Origin: an uncultured Clostridia bacterium
GTDB lineage: Bacteria; Bacillota; Clostridia; Christensenellales; DTU072
Length of the DNA stretch: 64,000 bases
Direction: 5' to 3'
NCBI GenBank assembly: GCA_946621465.1
Contig: CAMOOO010000001.1
Location: 384,386 to 448,385, forward strand
A model generated the notes under the pieces. That model saw nothing but the letters and a program-made list of their open reading frames with translations. It was not told where the DNA came from and did not search any database. Positions 20,901-28,980 of the stretch are shown one piece after another. Each line of letters starts with the position of its first letter. Position 1 is the stretch's first letter. The position numbers and the translations under genes are program-made.

Positions 20901-21398
20901 AACGTACTGCACGTCGCTGATAAGGTTATCGTTTTCATCGTAAAAATAAACTTTGTATAATCCGACTTCGGTGTCGTCTATGAGTGTTAATACAAAGCTG
21001 ACCTCAAATTTTCCATAAATGAGTGTCACCGTTTTACTGCCGGCTATAGAAAGCTTTTCCAGGTCTTCCGCCTTAACCATATCCAATGATGCCGGCATAC
21101 GTACACTGCAAGTCAGTTCCTCTTCATTCGTTATACCGGATTCTTTCTTTTTTTGCAGAATTTGCAACCCGGTATCCGATTCGGGATCGTAATTGATAAT
21201 GAGATAAACTTTTGATATGTCAAATTCGCTGAGCAAAAAGCCTTTTTCCACCGAACTTCTGTCCACCGAAACAGACGCGATATCTCCGTAAACGATATCG
21301 TTACCATCAATGTCCGTCCTACCGCCGTTACAAGCAATAAGCGCAAACACAAGGCTGATAATTAATGCCAAAAAAACTATTCTTTTTCTCATACGCAC
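14970..21398 (-). CDS. Giant (2142 aa) BspA-type leucine-rich-repeat surface lipoprotein with Listeria-Bacteroides repeat modules
   Basis: Lipoprotein signal (LVFALIACNGG). GYDFVGW/GYTFFGW B-repeat modules. Dozens of LRR_5-type units of about 23 aa (e.g. IPSSVTxIGxxAFxxCxxL). Its N-terminal region is paralogous to that of the upstream giant gene. Confidence 0.8.
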   Translation of the reverse strand: MRMRKRIVFLALIISLVFALIACNGGRTDIDGNDIVYGDIASVSVDRSSVEKGFLLSEFDISKVYLIINYDPESDTGLQILQKKKESGITNEEELTCSVRMPASLDMVKAEDLEKLSIAGSKTVTLIYGKFEVSFVLTLIDDTEVGLYKVYFYDENDNLISDVQYVKEGGRANVPALDVRPGYDFVGWTEKGTNTIVTYDNIRRDMSFVATYVSSTKTIEFPIMYRYLENGIVMTEEAGDKLSSVTLKREQTIDNNYPEPKDIPGYTFFGWQESSTDPNVIYAVYDRDTYTITFIYRNFDSVQKRYSDSMVTHEIDYYPGQTSIVEPQDAYCDGISPANDYQFVGWYVLHDGIKKPVTFPYQMSMLSETCFYGDYVDINAGSEGLIYKSLGGSECAVSGYTGGNVVVIPEKATVGGKLCNVTTIDDGVFKNSAIIKYVVSSTNPYFSIKEDILYSKSYDILFAYPTGSNRTTINVPSGVREINSYAFFNAVNLGGINLPDSLVQIDDYSFSCCSGLQSITIPSNVTTIAEGAFRMSNGSALTSLVFGGAKIVEFGDEAFYGLEKLTTLSLPVSIRSIGDGAFYGMGSLSSINAGNNSNFTVYNGALYTSDYRTLIIYPAQYGDLTNPEFYLHENCSMISRGAFYHSLVSCITFSSACTLDAYSIVSPSLEAIRIASESFVINEDQMEEAFGGFIPAKIYVPESMQDEFSVYFDRTVPYQPTQWTGYEGFWNGFMFTITDYELTIIGYNGEDTDLNIDNIYKEVYDQNNVKKNIIVVAIAPYAFYGNNRITSVTIPITMKSIGEYAFYGCSSLKSVVLSSMSGANLKSIGDYAFANCSSLTNVSYNEDLQLTDFGRFVFEKTPFMDKSGGSDFLIVGGVLIKYTGTRADVTIPSDVVYIATDAFKDIGFVTSVSFNNDSVLQCIDEYAFQNCIGILEFQFPATLKRVADYAFYGCKYLFCVKYNCLKENISIGYYAYKDAGTYYIGSEAVYEMFTDSVRYSLSYTIDSASNNYDNVEGICFVEGTSKIDEIPRMFMGWYYDSFFRNVVTFPLYIEENTVLYARFEDTDYVSTGFTFSKNADGTYSVSGYDGRDSYVVVPDKYKDVSVTGILAGVFGENVMSIVLPSSISFIEEGALSNTSFYRSCSGDYVTYNEWLLGYKGNERVVNIPSGITKSINGVFKNNIVLEEVNFPDKFSVIVENMFYGCSSLKEINIIQSIKDIRENAFYNCSSLEKINIANGSVLENVSSGAFYGTKWYNSQTDDCIIFNNIFYRYSGNSSSLHVPEGIVFIAEGAFEGNILLRSITLPTTVTTIHKNAFKNSAITEVYIPSGSLLTKISSSAFYCCYNLNYIDFSHTTILNEIESYAFYKCSSLPDIVLPLSLASLGAYSFAYSGLKSVLFNGASRLSEIKEGAFAYCYYLNSFEFNAASSLGTIGDKAFLECISLASYVNKEAETHTIGAEAFYNCLSIKNFNINATKLSVIGVEAFTNVGRDIFNTSNQMDTIGNILLAYRGSDTLVTIPSNIVLIYNSAFEGNTHLTVVEFENGSKLRYLSNRAFYGCTNLVSINFPEGITFVGDEVMDGTAWYNEKLRTDEYIVIGKTLVRYNVMNTEEVPDGVFCAENITSINKGAFADRRVYNIVIGDGFETIKEGAFEGILPSTWTENGKICTGYTITIKTAKPPVSEYEEPFEYCDRIFFPDGSIKDTYRLNDQWSYQFINEEIVSILDTHTLSFSVDLSEGYPLQPEVVHALYSAKDIITIINAQKHFEFVGWYLDSDYFNAVQYPLVLSKDLVIYAKCVNFSVGSNPESFSLENVSVGGTDYYTIVGYNNADDKRVVFITEQAGKSIISVTGNLGYLRSDINYYYALSNIIEDGVYVYIEDTLTGANYFRPETGYFRADTQYYRARRITVGDSLIDTIIPKGIYKELGSGNVVSPNANEKYQRGIQYYEMTLMTECVLYIRNPDTESSEIFVPYDTSIYKNKSEYEFFRENDVIEEITFANNCTIEELGAFCFAGMTSLKKITLPKSIKRISPYAFSGCTAMQEIVFSSGISDLRIESHAFSGCISLDNLVVPDGISELADQAFIGCSGLKNIYASAKQPYELQQNALPFDINAGLQIFVRSSTRVTYDSAWSIYKEYFRDWEE

Positions 21399-21441
21399 CT
21401 CACAGCGACGTAATTAAACATCATATTGCATTTATCCATTA

Positions 21442-24400
21442 TCATTTCTCTAAATCTCCGTCCATACAATGAATGGTATATGCGCCGGTATTATAATTCC
21501 AATCGGAACCTTTACTGATCGCATTCCACTGCGCTTTTGTCCCCTCGAATGTGATACTCGTCAGGTTAGTGCAAATGGAGAATGCCCAATTTTCTATACT
21601 CGTTACACCATTACCGATAGTGACACTCGTAAGATTACTGCAGTCAAAGAATGCGCTCTCTCCTATACTCGACACACTGTCGGGTATGGTAATACTCGTT
21701 CCGTTCCAACCATAGAATGCATTTGCTTTTATTTCCGTAACCGTATCGGGTATGGTTATTTCCGTCACTAAGGTATTATTGATATATAGATTACGGGCAT
21801 AGTATAATGGATTATCATTAAATGTTATCCCGCACCAAGAGGCTATATCGCCGGAATAGTAGACACTCGCAAGACTACTGCAATTCTCGAACGCCTTATT
21901 CCCTATACTCGTCACATTCTCTCCCAGAGTTATACTCGTCAACATAGTGCAATTATAAAATGCGCCATAAGGTATATATCCGTCCGAAACTGTTACACTG
22001 CGTAACGTTGATGGAATATAATAGTAGCTATTGGTTGTACCCGTCGCAGAGGAGCCATAGTAATACTGCCACACCCCCGTTCCACCAGTATAACTGCTCG
22101 TCCCAAACAAATAACCTAACGGGTATTGATAGGTATCACTACTCGTCACCCCAGCGCGGGAACCTATGAACGGCAAGGTTATGCTTTCTAATGAAGAACA
22201 TCCGGAAAAAACAAATGCTCCTATACCTGTCACACTGTCGGGTATGGTGATACTCGTAAGACTAGTGCAATTAGAGAACGCATAATCCCCTATACTCGTC
22301 ACACTGTCAGGTATGGTAACACTCGTAAGACTTCTGCAACCGGAGAACGCATCATCCCCTATACTCGTCACACTGTTACCGATGGTGATACTCGTAAGAC
22401 TACTGCAACCGGAAAACGCAAAACTCCCTATACTCGTCACACTGTCGGGGATGGTGATACTCGTAAAACTACTGCATCCCTCGAAGGCATACCATCCTAT
22501 ACTCGTCACTCCGCTACCAAAAGTAACATTCGTAAGACTACTGCAATAATAGAACGCACCATCTCCTATACTCGTAACCGAATCGGGTATGGAGATGCTC
22601 GTAAGACTACTGCAATACTCGAACGCCCAGTCCCCTATACTCGTCACTGCCTTTTCTTCATATTCCGCGGGAATAATCAATTCAGACGTCGAGGAATTAT
22701 TGTAGCCAGTTATTTCCCAGGTATCATCATTTTTTATGCTAAATACGTACGCGTCAAAATCATTCATAGTAGTCGAACCGTCTAAACAACGGACAACGAA
22801 TTTGCCGAGACCATCCGACCAACGATCATTTTTATTAATGGTCGACCATTGCTGTTTCGTCCCGCCATAAATAACAGTCGTCAAGCTGATACAACCGGAA
22901 AAGATCCTTTTACCGATATTTTCCAAAGTGGATGAAACGGTCAACGATTCCAGTTCTATACACTCCTCGAAGGCATTATCACCTATCGTTTTCACATAAG
23001 AACTCATATATAATTCTGTGATATTTCTTCTGTACAGTGCATAGGGTGCGATATCGGTAATAATCTCCGGCAAAGTAAGCGAAGTTAAATTCCCCGTATA
23101 TCCAATGAGAATAACGTGATCGTTGTCGGTGTAATAAATAAACAAATCGGGAGTAATGGTGATTTTTGAAACGTAGCTCTCCGAAGCATAGATCGCTTTT
23201 GCATACTTTGCCACACCGCCGTAAGCATCCGATCCGATAGAAAGGGGCAAAGTAGATTTGTTACGAAGTTCCAACAACTTATAACAGCCGGTAAAAGCAT
23301 TCTCTCCAATATACGAAAGCGAAGCGTTTAAGGTCAACTTGTTGACGTTATAACACCCGTAGAAGGCATAATCGGCGATTCCCACAACGTAATAGTTGCG
23401 GTCACCGACTTTGATGGCGTCGGGGATTGTGTAGTCGGATGCCTTCTTATTGGGATATGCGATCAACTCAGCATAACGATTGTCTCCGTCGGCAAAATAC
23501 CGGAACAGGACACCGCCTTCTGACAGGTACGAACCGGTAAGCCCATCGGAAAAGGTAATAGAAGCGAGTTCGTCGCATCCGGCGAATGCGCCGTATTCAA
23601 TAAGAGAAACGCTGGTAGGCAGCGACAATTCATAAACAGATCGACATCCGCGGAATGCAAATTCCTGTATTGTTACCAGGTTTTCTCCGGAGAAGAGTAC
23701 TTGACTGACTCTTTGATTTCCGTCGAATGCGTTGTTGGATATTACCGTAGTATTTTCCGGGATGTGGACGATACTCTGAATGCCGTTATATCGAATGAGA
23801 ACGGTACCGACAAAAGTCATTGTATCGTTCGTGTCGGTATACGGCGATCCCTTAAAGGCATTTTTGCCGATATATTCCAGTTCGCTCTCGTTGACACCGA
23901 ATACGGTCAATTGAGAACAACCATAAAAAGCGTTCTCCCCTATTGAAAGGAGTGTTGCTTTGTCGTTGATAAAAGTCCTGAGGTTATCACATCCGTAAAA
24001 CGCGTTATCATCAATATCTTTCAGATCACTTCCGCCCATGAACCGAATGGAAACGAGTTTGTCGCAATTCTCAAACACGCCCTTGGAGAGTTCGTCCAAA
24101 CGACTGTTTTCCGTAAAGTATACGGCATAAACGTCCGATCGAGCAAAGGCGTATTCTCCTAGGTCACTTAACTTAGCCGGGATGTAATAGGTCAATACGC
24201 TGTTTTCATCCTTTACCTTGACACCGTAAAATGCTTTTTCTCCGATATCCGTCAAATTGACGCAATTACGGAAATTAAAATCAACGGCATATTGACATCC
24301 ATAGAAAGCGCCCTCGCATATAGCGTTCAGATGGGTGTTGTTATCGGCAAAGAACACTTTTTCCAATCTGCTTTCCGCAAAAGCATATTCCCCGATGGTA

Positions 24401-27400
24401 ATAACGCTCTCGGGAATATAGACGTATCGAATGGTCGGATGCGCATAAAAAGCATACGGGTTAATCAATTCAACACTATTCTTTATGTGAATTACTTCAT
24501 TGCTTCCTAAATAGGCATAATATACTTTGTTGATAATAATACTGTCACCGGAATAATTCTTTATCCACTGCGTATCACGGAAAGCCGTCCAATGGATGGT
24601 TTTCAAATATTTGGCTGAATCGTAATTCACCGTAGAAAGCAGTGTGCAATCCTCAAACGCATATTCTTTTATCTTAGATACGTTTGTGCCTAAAATAATG
24701 GTAGTGAGAGCGGAACAGCCGGAAAAACAGTATTCCGGTATGGTTGTAACAATATTATTTATCGTGATTTTTTCCAGATAGGTATTACCGCTGAATGCAC
24801 CGGCCGCAATGTGGCTGACGTTGTTTGGCAATGCATACTCGCTCATCAAACCTTTGTATTTTAATAAAAACGTTCCCAAAATGACCTGCTTATCAACGAT
24901 ATCGTTCATATAGGGGGTGTTGTCAAAGGCTTCCATTCCGATTTCTTGTATGGAAGTGGGTATTTGGAAATAAATTACGTTCTTTCCGTAAAATGCCCGT
25001 TCGCCTATAGCGACCACATTTACACCCTTGTATGTGGAAGGAATTGTAACGAATCTGTTGCTCGATTCATAACCTACAACGCTATATCCGTTTTTACCCA
25101 AAGAATACAAAAGTCCATCGGTTGTCGTAGGGGCGGAGGTCTTTGCATAGAACATGGTGCTGGCTGAAAGGGACATGGGGAAAGAAGCCGGCTCCGTCAG
25201 TCCGGAATCCAAGAACCAACCTTCAAAAACCTCGCTCGTCTCAATGTCCGGCGCGGATAAAATGTAGTTGTCAGTTCCCATATCGCATATGAGCGTTCCT
25301 GCACGGAACTCGTATGAGTATCCGGTATCGTGCAGATCAAAGATATTCATTGTTAATAGTCCGTATATACTACCCGATTGATTAAAGACGGTATTTATCT
25401 TATCCGATTCGTAATCGACTTCCGTTTTAAAGGTGACGGCAAATAGGTGATCACAACCGGAAAAGGCATTATCGTCGAGATAATCCAAAGAAAGATAGGT
25501 CGGGAAGTACAGTTCTTTCAGGTAGTCGCATTCGGAAAAAGCATAGGAATGGACTTCTCTTAACTGCGGCTCGCCCACTTCCGATTGATCTCCGAAAACA
25601 ACCTTCGACATAGTTTTGTTGTAGAGAGCATATTCGGCGATGATGCGAACGGACTTGGGGATAACGACGGTATCCTCTATACCGTTATATGCCAGTAGCA
25701 CTCCGCCGACAATTACGAATTCGGAAACAATTTCGTTCTCACTTGATCCAACCGAACGAATAAAAGGGGTCTCCGCAAACGGACCGGTACCAATGGATCT
25801 TATCGTCGTCTGCTCGTGCGAAACAACGCTCGTGAGGTTATCGCAGGCGGCAAACGCATAATCGCCGATGAAGTTTACACCTGCTCCCAGTGTGACCTGT
25901 TTCAAACTTTTGCAACCATAAAACGCATAGTTATCGATTTCCGTTATCGTTTCTGGCAAAATAACGTATTCAATGGCGTTATTCCCGCGGAAAGCGTTTT
26001 CGGAAATACCACGTACAACGTTATTACCGCATTGCATGGGAATTTCCAAAACGTTATTGATACCCTTATAAGCTGTTATTACCGAATAGAAACCTTCCGT
26101 TCCGAACCTAACCTCATACCCGAAATCTCCGTCAAAAACGTATACGGCGACTTCGTTATCGAATTCATACTCAATTACATCAATATTGCGGATGCCGTCG
26201 CTATCCAGGCATTGCGTCAATTCCACTACTTTATTGGTGTTAAGATAGAACGCTTCCGGCAGATAAAAATTGTTCGTCGCAGAATCATAAAAGGTGTTCA
26301 CTGTCAGACGAGGCTGTTGCGGCGCAACAAATGGCGCAGTACTTATACTTTCACAATTAAGTCGGATGCACCGAAGGGTGGGACAAACGATACTGCCCTC
26401 TTCAAAGATGATATTATTCGAGCTGTTATAAACGATCTCAAAAAGACTGACGTTGGAAAAAGCACCCTTCCTTATTACCCCTGCCTGATTGTTTAGTACA
26501 ACACTGCCGTTTTTGAGACAATCGGATTTTGCCGGATAAGCATATAGATAATAATATTGCGCATCCATGTACCTTCCGTACAATCCGCCGTTGGTCGTAT
26601 CGTAGGTAAAGTACCCGTTCGACAAATTGATTACCTTAAGCGAGTCGCATTTATCAAAAACGCCCACGCCCAGCACCTGCAACGTTACCGGCAAAGCAAT
26701 AGTTTGCAACCGATAAAGACCGGAAAAACAATAATCGCCAATCTCGTTCAGATTGGACGGGAGCTGCTCATGCGTAGTTTCATCCTCACTCCCAAAAGTA
26801 AAGGAAGATATCCCCGAAGCGTCGGCAAAACATCTTTCACCCAAATAAATTACGTTTGCGGGAATCTTCACGGTATCTACAAGCGAGGTTTTTTCAAATG
26901 CGTGCGCCCCTATTCTTTCCAATGAGAGCGGCAAGGTTACTCTCGTTAAATTCGTAGCGTTATAAAACGCATACGGAGCAATTTCTTTCAAAACGATTTT
27001 TTTATCCACTAAACCGAAGGAAGTGTTCGTCTTTTTCGTCGGATAAGCGTATAAGACGGATAGATCATCCGAATAAAGAATGTCGTTATTGATACGGAAT
27101 ACGGTATTTCCGTTCGCCACAAAGAAGCGTTTTGCTCCGTTGTTGATAAAAGGATTATTGAGTAGTCCGATTATTTTGGTTTTATTCTGCGGCAAAAACA
27201 AAACATCTCCGGATTCCGTTTTATCTTCGGAAATAAACAAGATCGTTCCGTTCTTTGACAGCGTTTCAATACGAGTAAAATAGGAATAGCCGGAACGAGC
27301 CGCCATTTCCGATTCTATGAAAATGTAGGTGTTGTCCTTTTTGTAGTAATAAGTGTTGGCAGCAAGGATAGTTTCAGCGGCGATATCTTCTTGACAATAT

Positions 27401-28890
27401 ACGTCATCGTTATAGATTGTCATTGGTTTTTGAACGTAAACGATATAACCATTATCATCCACCGGAACGTTGATATAATAGGAACCGTTTGTTAGGTTGA
27501 CCGTATATCGATCATAATAGGTTATACCGCTCTGGGCCGTTCCGTCATACGACCGGATTAGATAATCGTCATGCGTTACGTAAACGTTATCACCGAGAGG
27601 ATCACCGACGTGACAGGATTTTTGTGCAAAAACGTATCTGACGTCCGCAGATACCGTCGCATTATTGGGAATAGTAATGGTGGTGTCGTTACCCGAATAA
27701 CCGGAAATATAGTATCCATCGTTATCAACTGCACCGTCCTCGCTCAAAAAGTATTTTATTTCCAATCCTTCCGACCCGGTTGTCACCGGAATATATTTGG
27801 CGTAATAAATTGTTTCCGAAGATACGGTTTCGGGAATTTTATCAAGCGGAACTTCCACTCCGTCGTGAACTACGTACCAATATGAAAAAATCTCGTTCGC
27901 CGTACGATTCAAATCGTCGGGTTGAGTTACCTTTTCAAGAGAATCGGATTCAAACAGAGTAGGATTGTAGACAGGATAAGATTTTTTATAGTTGTAATAT
28001 TCGCCTTCGGTGTATTTGTAATAAACAAAAGTAACGTCGACAAAATCCTGTTCATACTCAGCATAGAATTTCAACCCGTCAGAACTAACGTTCTTCATCG
28101 AATCGACGTCAACCCAATGTCCGTTGCTGAAACCTTCGATAATGGGTAAAGCTGGCGCGTACGCATATGCGTCGTCACCGTTTTTAACGATAGCAGTCTG
28201 AAACTCGTACTCTATGGCACTGACGTTCGAGCCTTTATAAAACTTCAATACGTAAAAATACCGAACGGTAAAATAATCAGGAGTATAAACAGCAACGAGT
28301 GTTGTATCCGAAGTAAAAGTAAATGTATCAATCAAGGCTCCGGACTGATCGTTTTCTTTACGCCATCCGGCAAATGTATGATCCTTTACGGAAGGAAGGT
28401 TAGGAACGTTTGCTACCTGCCCTTCTTTTAAGTACTGCACATCCCCAATCCTGTTTCCGTCAAAATCTTTAAAAGTAATCGCATAATAGGGATCGACGTT
28501 GTTAAAAAGTTTCAATTTAAATTCAATAACAAACTTTCCGTAATACAGTGTAATTTGATGCGTGCCTGGAACGGAGAGCTTTGCTTTGTCTTCTGCGCGG
28601 ACCATGGAATAAGAAGCCGGCATCTCCACGCGTTCTCCATTGTAATAGGTAACGTCAAGGCGTACGGAGGACATGGAGAATTCACTGAGTAAAAAACCGG
28701 GATCCATTAATTCATCAGGAGAGGCAACTTCAATAAAATCTATATTGGCATAATCAATAACAACGGGCGGTTCATCAGATTCCTCGTCAGCAGTCTCATC
28801 GGCCTCGGCGGTGCAAGAAAACGACGTAAACACAAGCAACGCAAAAAGGAGAAATAATAAGACAATCCTAGAATATTTTTTCATAGCCAA
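21442..28890 (-). CDS. Giant (2482 aa) BspA-type leucine-rich-repeat surface protein. The C-terminal 442 aa look like a second, fused LRR protein module.
   Basis: N-terminal signal peptide (LLFLLFALLVFTSFSC). Flg_new-like modules and many LRR_5 units. The cap motif GTK.QW..I.K.D.W......V.C.DG occurs internally (22768..22872) and again at the true C-terminus. Confidence 0.8.
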   Translation of the reverse strand: MAMKKYSRIVLLFLLFALLVFTSFSCTAEADETADEESDEPPVVIDYANIDFIEVASPDELMDPGFLLSEFSMSSVRLDVTYYNGERVEMPASYSMVRAEDKAKLSVPGTHQITLYYGKFVIEFKLKLFNNVDPYYAITFKDFDGNRIGDVQYLKEGQVANVPNLPSVKDHTFAGWRKENDQSGALIDTFTFTSDTTLVAVYTPDYFTVRYFYVLKFYKGSNVSAIEYEFQTAIVKNGDDAYAYAPALPIIEGFSNGHWVDVDSMKNVSSDGLKFYAEYEQDFVDVTFVYYKYTEGEYYNYKKSYPVYNPTLFESDSLEKVTQPDDLNRTANEIFSYWYVVHDGVEVPLDKIPETVSSETIYYAKYIPVTTGSEGLEIKYFLSEDGAVDNDGYYISGYSGNDTTITIPNNATVSADVRYVFAQKSCHVGDPLGDNVYVTHDDYLIRSYDGTAQSGITYYDRYTVNLTNGSYYINVPVDDNGYIVYVQKPMTIYNDDVYCQEDIAAETILAANTYYYKKDNTYIFIESEMAARSGYSYFTRIETLSKNGTILFISEDKTESGDVLFLPQNKTKIIGLLNNPFINNGAKRFFVANGNTVFRINNDILYSDDLSVLYAYPTKKTNTSFGLVDKKIVLKEIAPYAFYNATNLTRVTLPLSLERIGAHAFEKTSLVDTVKIPANVIYLGERCFADASGISSFTFGSEDETTHEQLPSNLNEIGDYCFSGLYRLQTIALPVTLQVLGVGVFDKCDSLKVINLSNGYFTYDTTNGGLYGRYMDAQYYYLYAYPAKSDCLKNGSVVLNNQAGVIRKGAFSNVSLFEIVYNSSNNIIFEEGSIVCPTLRCIRLNCESISTAPFVAPQQPRLTVNTFYDSATNNFYLPEAFYLNTNKVVELTQCLDSDGIRNIDVIEYEFDNEVAVYVFDGDFGYEVRFGTEGFYSVITAYKGINNVLEIPMQCGNNVVRGISENAFRGNNAIEYVILPETITEIDNYAFYGCKSLKQVTLGAGVNFIGDYAFAACDNLTSVVSHEQTTIRSIGTGPFAETPFIRSVGSSENEIVSEFVIVGGVLLAYNGIEDTVVIPKSVRIIAEYALYNKTMSKVVFGDQSEVGEPQLREVHSYAFSECDYLKELYFPTYLSLDYLDDNAFSGCDHLFAVTFKTEVDYESDKINTVFNQSGSIYGLLTMNIFDLHDTGYSYEFRAGTLICDMGTDNYILSAPDIETSEVFEGWFLDSGLTEPASFPMSLSASTMFYAKTSAPTTTDGLLYSLGKNGYSVVGYESSNRFVTIPSTYKGVNVVAIGERAFYGKNVIYFQIPTSIQEIGMEAFDNTPYMNDIVDKQVILGTFLLKYKGLMSEYALPNNVSHIAAGAFSGNTYLEKITINNIVTTIPEYCFSGCSALTTIILGTNVSKIKEYAFEDCTLLSTVNYDSAKYLKTIHWTAFRDTQWIKNYSGDSIIINKVYYAYLGSNEVIHIKNSVELINPYAFYAHPTIRYVYIPESVITIGEYAFAESRLEKVFFADNNTHLNAICEGAFYGCQYAVDFNFRNCVNLTDIGEKAFYGVKVKDENSVLTYYIPAKLSDLGEYAFARSDVYAVYFTENSRLDELSKGVFENCDKLVSIRFMGGSDLKDIDDNAFYGCDNLRTFINDKATLLSIGENAFYGCSQLTVFGVNESELEYIGKNAFKGSPYTDTNDTMTFVGTVLIRYNGIQSIVHIPENTTVISNNAFDGNQRVSQVLFSGENLVTIQEFAFRGCRSVYELSLPTSVSLIEYGAFAGCDELASITFSDGLTGSYLSEGGVLFRYFADGDNRYAELIAYPNKKASDYTIPDAIKVGDRNYYVVGIADYAFYGCYNVNKLTLNASLSYIGENAFTGCYKLLELRNKSTLPLSIGSDAYGGVAKYAKAIYASESYVSKITITPDLFIYYTDNDHVILIGYTGNLTSLTLPEIITDIAPYALYRRNITELYMSSYVKTIGDNAFEECIELESLTVSSTLENIGKRIFSGCISLTTVIYGGTKQQWSTINKNDRWSDGLGKFVVRCLDGSTTMNDFDAYVFSIKNDDTWEITGYNNSSTSELIIPAEYEEKAVTSIGDWAFEYCSSLTSISIPDSVTSIGDGAFYYCSSLTNVTFGSGVTSIGWYAFEGCSSFTSITIPDSVTSIGSFAFSGCSSLTSITIGNSVTSIGDDAFSGCRSLTSVTIPDSVTSIGDYAFSNCTSLTSITIPDSVTGIGAFVFSGCSSLESITLPFIGSRAGVTSSDTYQYPLGYLFGTSSYTGGTGVWQYYYGSSATGTTNSYYYIPSTLRSVTVSDGYIPYGAFYNCTMLTSITLGENVTSIGNKAFENCSSLASVYYSGDIASWCGITFNDNPLYYARNLYINNTLVTEITIPDTVTEIKANAFYGWNGTSITIPDSVSSIGESAFFDCSNLTSVTIGNGVTSIENWAFSICTNLTSITFEGTKAQWNAISKGSDWNYNTGAYTIHCMDGDLEK
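22177..22651. repeat. In-frame 69-bp tandem repeat array (about 6-7 units) encoding 23-aa LRR units
   Basis: The motif tatactcgtcac (tatacctgtcac in the first unit, tatactcgtaac in the sixth) recurs at 22222, 22291, 22360, 22429, 22498, 22567 and 22636, an exact 69-nt period. It encodes CSSLTSITIPDSVTSIGDYAFSG-type units. Further diverged copies are phased at 21595/21664 (about 21526..21770), with another near 21904. Confidence 0.9.
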
Positions 28891-28980
28891 GAAACCACCA
28901 TATTGTTATTATTTATAATAATAACATATAGTTAATAGAAAGGCAAGCGACTTTTTATTTTTAAAGCAAATCTAAAGGTT

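Noticed and set aside
22177-22651. Regular 69-bp repeats that could superficially look like a CRISPR array
   Set aside because: The units are directly tandem with no unique spacers. They are in frame within a 2482-aa ORF and encode 23-aa LRR units. No cas genes are nearby.
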